658 nucleotides of DNA from a phage. The stretch is from the sequence record AY167110.1. One strand, given 5' to 3'. Positions 1 to 658 of the stretch are shown piece by piece. The position numbers and the translations under genes are program-made. How positions within the stretch are numbered: the stretch's first letter is position 1; every line of letters starts with the position of its first letter. The notes beneath the pieces are model-generated. The model worked only from the letters and a program-made list of their open reading frames with translations. It ran no database searches and was not told where the DNA came from.

Positions 1-198
1 AAGGACTATGTTGATGGAGCAATAAATATTGTTACAACAAATGCAAACTCTAGAGTATTACGCTCTGGAGACACTATGACAGGAAATTTAACTGCGCCAA
101 ACCTTTTTTCACAGAATCCTGCATCTCAACCCTCGCATGTTCCGCGATTTGACCAAATCGTAATTAAGGATTCTGTTCAAGATTTCGGCTATTATTAA
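1..198 (+). CDS. 36: 3' end (5'-partial) of a T4 gp36-like long tail fibre protein (distal half-fibre hinge/connector subunit); C-terminal 65 aa, stop TAA at 196-198
   Basis: Frame 1 is open from base 1 to TAA 196-198 and translates to KDYVDGAINIVTTNANSRVLRSGDTMTGNLTAPNLFSQNPASQPSHVPRFDQIVIKDSVQDFGYY. It ends 8 nt before the gp37-like start codon, the conserved 36-37 gene order of T4-like phages. The C-terminal sequence resembles my recollection of the T4 gp36 C-terminus (not verifiable here). Absent from the ORF track, presumably because it is a short edge-truncated ORF. Confidence 0.75.
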   Translation, partial: KDYVDGAINIVTTNANSRVLRSGDTMTGNLTAPNLFSQNPASQPSHVPRFDQIVIKDSVQDFGYY

Positions 199-203
199 GA
201 GGA
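199..203 (+). promoter_or_regulatory. Shine-Dalgarno-like ribosome binding site (GAGGA) for the downstream gp37-like ORF, immediately after and partly overlapping the gene 36 stop (TAAGAGGA)
   Basis: Purine-rich GAGGA at 199-203, 3-4 nt upstream of ATG 207. The spacing is short but within the usable range and the motif sits directly on the upstream stop codon, suggesting translational coupling. Confidence 0.55.
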
Positions 204-206
204 CTT

Positions 207-644
207 ATGGCTACTTTAAAACAAATACATTTTAAAAGAAGCAAAACGGCAGGTCAACGTCCAGCTGCTTCAGTATTAGCCGAAGGTGAATTGGCTATAA
301 ACTTAAAAGATCGTGTACTTTTTACTAAAGATGATCAAGGAAATATTATTGACTTAGGTTTTGCTAAAGGCGGTAGTATTGACGGGAATGTTATTCATAA
401 AGGCAATTATAACCAAACTGGTGATTATACTTTAAACGGTACATTCACCCAGACTGGTAATTTTAATTTAACTGGTATTGCTCGAGTAACTCGCGATATT
501 ATTGCCGCTGGGCAGATTATGACTGAAGGCGGAGAACTTATTACAAAAAGTTCAGGAACGGCACACGTTCGTTTTCATGATTCCGCCGACCGTGAACGCG
601 GTATTATTTTTTCTCCTGCTAATGACGGGTTAACTACACAGTAG
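207..644 (+). CDS. 37: N-terminal region of a T4 gp37-like long tail fibre distal subunit; the ORF as read ends at an in-frame TAG after 145 codons, far shorter than full-length homologs
   Basis: ATG at 207 preceded by an SD. Translation begins MATLKQIHFKRSKTAGQRPAASVLAEGELAINLKDRVLFTKDDQGNIIDLGFAKGG, near-identical to the T-even gp37 N-terminus as I recall it. Downstream come Thr-Gly/Asn-Gly-rich motifs typical of fibre shafts. Position directly downstream of a gp36-like gene. Stop TAG at 642-644 verified by manual translation; the 3' boundary is uncertain biologically (see findings). Confidence 0.8.
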   Translation: MATLKQIHFKRSKTAGQRPAASVLAEGELAINLKDRVLFTKDDQGNIIDLGFAKGGSIDGNVIHKGNYNQTGDYTLNGTFTQTGNFNLTGIARVTRDIIAAGQIMTEGGELITKSSGTAHVRFHDSADRERGIIFSPANDGLTTQ

Positions 645-658
645 TTACATCAGAGTTC

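Noticed and set aside
21-28. AATAAATA, a one-mismatch relative of the T4 late promoter consensus TATAAATA
   Set aside because: The first position differs from the highly conserved consensus, the site lies inside the gene 36 coding frame about 180 nt upstream of gene 37, and an AT-rich genome produces such near-matches by chance. Not supportable as a promoter from sequence alone.
145-160. Perfect 6-bp inverted repeat CGATTT-gacc-AAATCG (possible hairpin)
   Set aside because: Short, AT-rich stem inside the gene 36 coding sequence with no adjacent T-run or other regulatory context; most likely coincidental.
76-198. ATG at 76-78 in frame 1, which could be read as the start of a small independent ORF
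   Set aside because: The frame is open from base 1 and the whole translation resembles a gp36 C-terminus, so this is an internal methionine of a 5'-truncated gene.
556-612. Short inverted repeats (GAACG/CGTTC at 556-570; ACCG/CGGT at 589-602) followed by T-runs, superficially like an intrinsic terminator
   Set aside because: Stems are only 4-5 bp, the elements lie within the gp37-like ORF, and the T-run at 607-612 simply encodes Ile-Ile-Phe-Ser. Too weak to call a terminator.
642-644. TAG as a recoded sense codon (alternative genetic code) or programmed readthrough
   Set aside because: A single in-frame TAG cannot support a recoding claim, the neighbouring gene terminates normally with TAA, and T4-like phages are not known to use reassigned stop codons. 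Nonsense mutation, indel or sequencing error are simpler explanations.
1-658. A novel defence or other undescribed biological system, as the prompt suggested
   Set aside because: Both reading frames look like well-known structural tail fibre genes in their conserved order. There are no additional ORFs, RNA structures, repeat arrays or minus-strand genes in this window to support such a claim.

Overview
AT-rich, phage-like window spanning the junction of two T4-type long-tail-fibre genes on the + strand. Bases 1-198 are the 3' end of a gene 36-like ORF (65 codons, stop TAA 196-198). An 8-nt spacer with a Shine-Dalgarno-like GAGGA follows, then a gene 37-like ORF (distal long tail fibre subunit) starts at ATG 207. 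Its first ~60 residues match my recollection of the T-even gp37 N-terminus closely, after which it diverges into Thr-Gly-rich fibre-shaft repeats. The most notable observation is that this ORF ends at an in-frame TAG (642-644) after only 145 codons, whereas gp37 homologs are roughly 1000 aa; the same frame stays open for the last 14 nt of the window. I see no RNA gene, CRISPR array, mobile element or defence-type system, and nothing recognisable on the minus strand. All homology statements rest on recalled T4 protein sequences, not on a search.
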